A DNA stretch of 64,000 nucleotides from Macrostomum hystrix (taxonomy: Eukaryota; Animalia; Platyhelminthes). The DNA is taken from positions 2,356,001 through 2,420,000 of the forward strand of contig CATNEN010000025.1 in assembly GCA_950097015.1 (NCBI GenBank), read 5' to 3'. Of this stretch, positions 58,321 to 64,000 are shown piece after piece (within the stretch, counting starts at the first letter, position 1; each line of letters opens with the position of its first letter). A program made the translations under genes and the position numbers. The notes beneath the pieces were generated by a model, which had not been told where the DNA came from, ran no database searches, and worked only from the letters and a program-made list of their open reading frames with translations.

Positions 58321-58824
58321 CAGCTGTACGCGCGGCCGCTCGATGCAGTTTATTGGTTAAGTCTCTAAAAATCTATTTCCGTGCATCAATGAGGACTGCA
58401 AACACTGAGCATTCTACTAATAGTAGGCGCTGCGCTTAAGTTGGGCTTAATTCAATGGACTCATTTGGAAAGGCTTCATAACGCGTGCTTTGTATATAAG
58501 CTGAAAGAAATATGTTTTTCATTTTGCGTTATAAGTGCATAGCATTTTTACAGGTGTATACGCGAGTATATGTAACTTTTTTAAAGTTACCGAAGAAAAA
58601 AGCTTGTATGAACCACGCAAGTTATATGTACTCGAACATAATGCAGAAGAATACATGATTCGTAAACAACACGCATCGAAAAAACCGGTAATGAATTAAT
58701 CAAAGTAAATCTAACTTTCTAGGAAGTTCTCAACTTCTAGATACTAGTTGGAACCTTTTGAAATGAGTCAGGAAGCGGTGATGCTCATGATTCAGAAAGC
58801 TCATAAATACGTCCGATATAGCTT

Positions 58825-59815
58825 AGGAATGTGTCAGGTAGATCAGGAATGTGTCAGGTAGCTTATGAATGTATCAGGACGTAGCTTAGGAATGTTTGAG
58901 GTAGCTCTGGAATCTCAGGAATGTGTGAGGTATCTGTCATGTATCTAAGGAATGTGTCAGGTAGCTTAGGAGTGTGTCACGTAGGTCAGGTATCTTAGGA
59001 ATGTGTCAGGTAGCTTATGAATGTATCGGCGTAGCTCAGGGATGTGTCAGGTAGTTCAGAAATGTGTCGGGTATCTTAGGAATGTGTCAGGTAGTTCAGA
59101 AATGTGTCAGGTATCTTCGGAATGTGTCAGGTAGTTCAGGAATGTGTCAGGTAGTTCAGGAATGTGTCAGGTAGTTCAGAAATGTGTCATGTATCTTAGG
59201 AATGTGTCAGGTAGCTCAGAAATGTGTCATGTATCTTAGGAATGTGTCAGGTAGCTCAGAAATGTGTCAGGTAGTTCAGTAATATGTCGGGTATCTTAGG
59301 AATGTGTCAGGTAGTTCAGAAATGTGTCAGGTAGTTCAGTAATATGTCGGGTATCTTAGGAATGTGTCAGGTAGTTCAGAAATGTGTCAGGTATCTTCGG
59401 AATGTGTCAGGTAGTTCAGAAATGTGTCAGGTATCTTCGGAATGTGCCAGGTAGTTCAGAAATGTGTCAGGTATCTTCGGAATGTGTCAGGTAGTTCAGG
59501 AATGTGTCAGGTAGTTCAGGAATGTGTCAGGTAGTTCAGGAATGTGTCAGGGTAGTTTAGGAATGTGTCAGGTAGTTCAGGAATGTGTCAGGGTAGTTTA
59601 GGAATGTGTCAGGTAGTTCAGGAATGTGTCAGGTAGCTCTAGAATGTGTCAGGTAGTTCAGGAATGTGTCAGGTAGTTCAGGAATGTGTCAGGTAGTTCA
59701 GGAATGTGTCAGGTAGTTCAGGAATGTGTCAGGTCGTTCAGAAATGTGTCAGGTAGTTCAGGAATGTGTCAGGTAGTTCAGGAATGTGTCAGGTAGCTCT
59801 AGAATGTGCCAGAAA
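58825..59815. repeat. Minisatellite, 20 bp unit (aggaatgtgtcaggtagttc)
   Basis: Degenerate 5' part and homogeneous 3' part. Confidence 0.93.
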
Positions 59816-60073
59816 GCTATTCAGAGTGTCAAGAAGCAGTGTAGAGGTTTTAAGCCAGAAGTAAAAAATGTAAGTACATTAGTGCATTACGCTTCAATTA
59901 CGAGCTGCAATGATTGAGCATTTCAAGCTAGGCACAGCAAAAGCAGCACAAACACAAGTACTCTTACCGATTCAAAATGGAAAGAAGGAATTAGCGCCTT
60001 GCATAGCTGTGAGTACAGGCAGCCTGTCGCATTGTCCAGCTGGCGGGGGGGAATTCAATTCTAATTTTTGGCA

Positions 60074-61449
60074 TCATCGGTTAAGCAGCCGTGAGGAGGA
60101 ACGCAGCCAAAATCGAGAGGCTGTGGCCTCGTCGTCATCATCATCGTCGTCATCATCTGGAACGAGAGATTTACGCGTTTGCGCTTGCGAAAACTTTTGT
60201 TTGAAAAATAGTTCAAGTTGCGCTGAATTATTCGCAATTCATGTTAGATGTTAATTTAGTACTAATTTATTTTTACAGTTCTGCGCTTAAACTTGTAGAT
60301 ATGCACAATACAACAGCTAGATCTGAGGTGTCAGGGGTGTCTGACTGAATCGGGTCTGAGGTGTCAGGGGTGTCTGACTGAATCGGGTCTGGGGTGTCAG
60401 GGGTGTCTGACTGAATCGGGTCTGAGGTGTCAGGGGTGTCTGACTGAATCGGGTCTGAGGTGTCAGGGGTGTCTGACTGAATTGGATCTGAGGTGTCAGG
60501 GGTGTCTGACTGAATTGGATCTGAGGTGTCAGGGGTGTCTGATTGAATCGGGTCTGAGGTGTCAGGGGTGTCTGACTGAATCGGGTCTGAGGTGTCAGGG
60601 GTGTCTGACTGAATTGGATCTGAGGTGTCAGGGGTGTCTGACTGAATCGGGTCTGAGGTGTCAGGGGTGTCTGACTGAATTGGATCTGAGGTGTCAGGAG
60701 TGTCTGACTGAATCGGGTCTGAGGTGTCAGGAGTGTCTGACTGAATTGGATCTGAGGTGTCAGGAGTGTCTGACTGAATTGGATCTGAGGTGTCAGGAGT
60801 GTCTGACTGAATTGGATCTGAGGTGTCAGGAGTGTCTGACTGAATTGGATCTAACGTGTCAGGGGTGTCTGACTGAATCGGGTCTAAGGTGTCATGGTTT
60901 GTGAACGCCGTTGAAAAATGTATATTTTGCAGAAACAACATAAATTATTAAGGTGTGCAAAAAGAATTGTTTGCATACTTTGCTAGTGTAATAAGCTAAT
61001 TAGTTGGTCAGTTAGAAGAACATTAGTAAAAAGCTAACGAAGCAAGTTATTTGTGCTTGATAAAAATGTAAAAGTGCAAGTTGGGGGTCCAAAAATACGG
61101 TTGAAGGTGGATGCATGAAATTATTAATCTGTTGTGCGAGTTTTCTTACCTCACAAGTTGCAGAATTTCTAACTATAAACTTGAACAAAAGCTTCGGACC
61201 AAGACCCCTTTTTTCAATTTCTATATTGCAACTGATATTGCATTACCATTCTCACTGGTCGATGAGGATGAGTAGGCTGACACGGCGAAGCTGCCGCCGC
61301 CGCCGCCGCCGACGCCGCAGGCGCCTTCATCCTCGCCGTCGCTGATGATGTCTGTCTCGCGGAGGCTGGCGTGCAACGCGGGCAGACGGGCCAAACCCGG
61401 ATAGGACGGGGTGCGCGGCGGCGGTGGCGGCAGCTGCTGCTGCGATGTT
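60074..61449 (-). CDS. Last two exons of an unidentified low-complexity protein whose gene extends beyond the window
   Basis: Exon 61449-61247 (TSQQQLPPPPPRTPSYPG..DGEDEG..GGGGGG) with donor G|GTAATG joins in phase to exon 60156-60074 (D9-EATASRFWLRSSSRLLNR*). Confidence 0.55.
60320..60895. repeat. Minisatellite, 33 bp unit (tctgaggtgtcaggggtgtctgactgaatcggg), intronic
   Basis: About 17 copies. Confidence 0.95.
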
Positions 61450-61659
61450 CTTGCATTCCAAGAAGGCGGAGGAAGCAAATAAATAGAGCATGCAATTATT
61501 TCTAGATTTTTTGCTTTATTACGAGCTTAGTTCAAAAATGCGAGTCAGGTGTGAAGGATGGAGGTTGAGGCGATTTCATTGGGGACTGCTGCATGCGCTA
61601 CTCCTCACTTTTCTGTTATCACTGGTCTAATTCGCTTTACTGTCTCGTATCTCTTGTCT

Positions 61660-64000
61660 AGTATTATCACGTGTATCTTATCTTTTATCACTGTAATCAC
61701 GTGTCTCTTATCTTTTATCACTATAATCACGTGTCTCTTATCTTTTATCACTATAATCACGTGTATCTTATCTTTTATCACTATAATCACGTGTATCTTA
61801 TCTTTTATCACTATAATCACGTGTCTCTTATCTTTTATCACTATAATCACGTGTCTCTTATATTTTATCACTATAATCACGTGTCTCTTATCTTTTATCA
61901 CTATAATCACGTGTATCTTATCTTTTATCACTATAATCACGTGTCTCTTATCTTTTATCACTATAATCACGTGTCTCTTATCTTTTATCACTATAATCAC
62001 GTGTCTCTTATCTTTTATCACTATAATCACGTGTCTCTTATCTTTTATCACTATAATCACATGTCTCTTATCTTTTATCACTATAATCACGTGTCTCTTA
62101 TCTTTTATCACTATAATCACGTGTCTCTTATCTTTTATCACTATATTCACGTGTCTCTTATCTTTTATCACTATAATCACGTGTCTCTTATCTTTTATCA
62201 CTATAATCACGTGTCTCTTATCTTTTATCACTATAATCACGTGTCTCTTATCTTTTATCACTATAATCACGTGTCTCTTATCTTCTATCACTAATATCAC
62301 GTGTCTCTTATCTTTTATCACTATAATCACGTGTCTCTTATCTTTTATCACTATAATCACGTGTCTCTTATCTTTTATCACTATAATCACGTGTCTCTTA
62401 TCTTTTATCACTATAATCACGTGTCTCTTATCTTTTATCACTATAATCACGTGTATCTTATCTTTTATCACTATAATCACGTGTCTCTTATCTTTTATCA
62501 CTATAATCACGTGTCTCTTATCTTTTATCACTATAATCACGTGTCTCTTATCTTTTATCACTATAATCACGTGTCTCTTATCTTTTATCACTATAATCAC
62601 GTGTCTCTTATCTTTTATCACTATAATCACGTGTCTCTTATCTTTTATCACTATAATCACGTGTCTCTTATCTTTTATCACTATAATCACGTGTCTCTTA
62701 TCTTTTATCACTATAATCACGTGTCTCTTATCTTTTATCACTATATTCACGTGTCTCTTATCTTTTATCACTATATTCACGTGTCTCTTATCTTTTATCA
62801 CTATAATCAAGTTTCTCTTACCTTTTATCACTATAATCACGTGTCTCTTATCTTTTATCACTATAATCACGTGTCTCTTATCTTTTATCACTATAATCAC
62901 GTGTCTCTTATCTTTTATCACTATAATCACGTGTCTCTTATCTTTTATCACTATAATCACGTGTCTCTTATCTTTTATCACTATAATCACGTGTCTCTTA
63001 TCTTTTATCACTATATTCACGTGTCTCTTATCTTTTATCACTATAATCACGTGTCTCTTATCTTTTATCACTATAATCACGTGTCTCTTATCTTTTATCA
63101 CTATAATCACGTGTCTCTTATCTTTTATCACTATATTCACGTGTCTCTTATATTTTATCACTATAATCACGTGTCTCTTATCTTTTATCACTATAATCAC
63201 GTGTCTCTTATCTTTTATCACTATAATCACGTGTCTCTTATCTTTTATCACTATATTCACGTGTCTCTTATCTTTTATCACTATAATCACGTGTCTCTTA
63301 TCTTTTATCACTATAATCACGTGTCTCTTATCTTTTATCACTATATTCACGTGTCTCTTATCTTTTATCACTATAATCACGTGTCTCTTATCTTTTATCA
63401 CTATAATCACGTGTCTCTTATCTTTTATCACTATAATCACGTGTCTCTTATCTTTTATCACTATAATCACGTGTATCTTATCTTTTATCACTATAATCAC
63501 GTGTCTCTTATCTTTTATCACTATAATCACGTGTCTCTTATCTTTTATCACTATAATCACGTGTCTCTTATCTTTTATCACTATATTCACGTGTCTCTTA
63601 TCTTTTATCACTATAATCACGTGTCTCTTATCTTTTATCACTATAATCACGTGTCTCTTATCTTTTATCACTATAATCACGTGTCTCTTATCTTTTATCA
63701 CTATAATCACGTGTCTCTTATCTTTTATCACTATAATCACGTGTCTCTTATCTTTTATCACTATATTCACGTGTCTCTTATATTTTATCACTATAATCAC
63801 GTGTCTCTTATCTTTTATCACTATAATCACGTGTCTCTTATCTTTTATCACTATAATCACGTGTCTCTTATCTTTTATCACTATAATCACGTGTCTCTTA
63901 TCTTTTATCACTATAATCACGTGTCTCTTATCTTTTATCACTATAATCACGTGTCTCTTATCTTTTATCACTATAATCACGTGTCTCTTATCTTTTATCA
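61660..64000. repeat. Minisatellite, 30 bp unit (atcacgtgtctcttatcttttatcactata), running off the window end
   Basis: At least about 78 near-identical copies; source of the spurious 791-aa ORF. Confidence 0.97.

Noticed and set aside
61605-63980. 791-aa ORF (KDKRHVIIVI)n, the longest in the window
   Set aside because: Stop-free frame of a 30-bp satellite with no unique sequence.

Overview
Eukaryotic, AT-rich, intron-containing DNA. The mix of GC-rich exons and a different minisatellite in most introns suggests a free-living flatworm such as Macrostomum lignano; this is inferred, not proven. Genes reconstructed by hand: RidA (-), MZT1 (-), a 10-exon Tec/Btk-family kinase (+), 7-exon AVL9 (-), a short NELL-like gene (+) head-to-head with AVL9, four intronless secreted PAN/apple-like + C-type lectin paralogues (-,+,-,-; one frameshifted) around a gypsy integrase fragment, an orphan secreted protein, RRP8 (+), VAMP7 (+), and exons of unidentified genes at the right end. 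Also present are about 25 tandem arrays, tRNA-derived SINEs, two hAT-type MITE copies with intact 8-bp TSDs, probable decayed LINE pieces and an RFX X-box. Most notable: (1) the lectin cluster has near-identical internal tracts beside highly variable ligand-binding loops and non-canonical cysteines; (2) an in-frame TGA sits exactly at a conserved EGF cysteine in NELL; (3) RRP8 has no in-frame N-terminal ATG but has an in-frame acceptor that a flatworm spliced-leader AUG could complete; (4) two GC-AG introns and a duplicated 5' splice site; (5) intronic arrays built from AP-1 or E-box motifs. All long repetitive ORFs in the track are minisatellite artefacts. No computation or database search was run.
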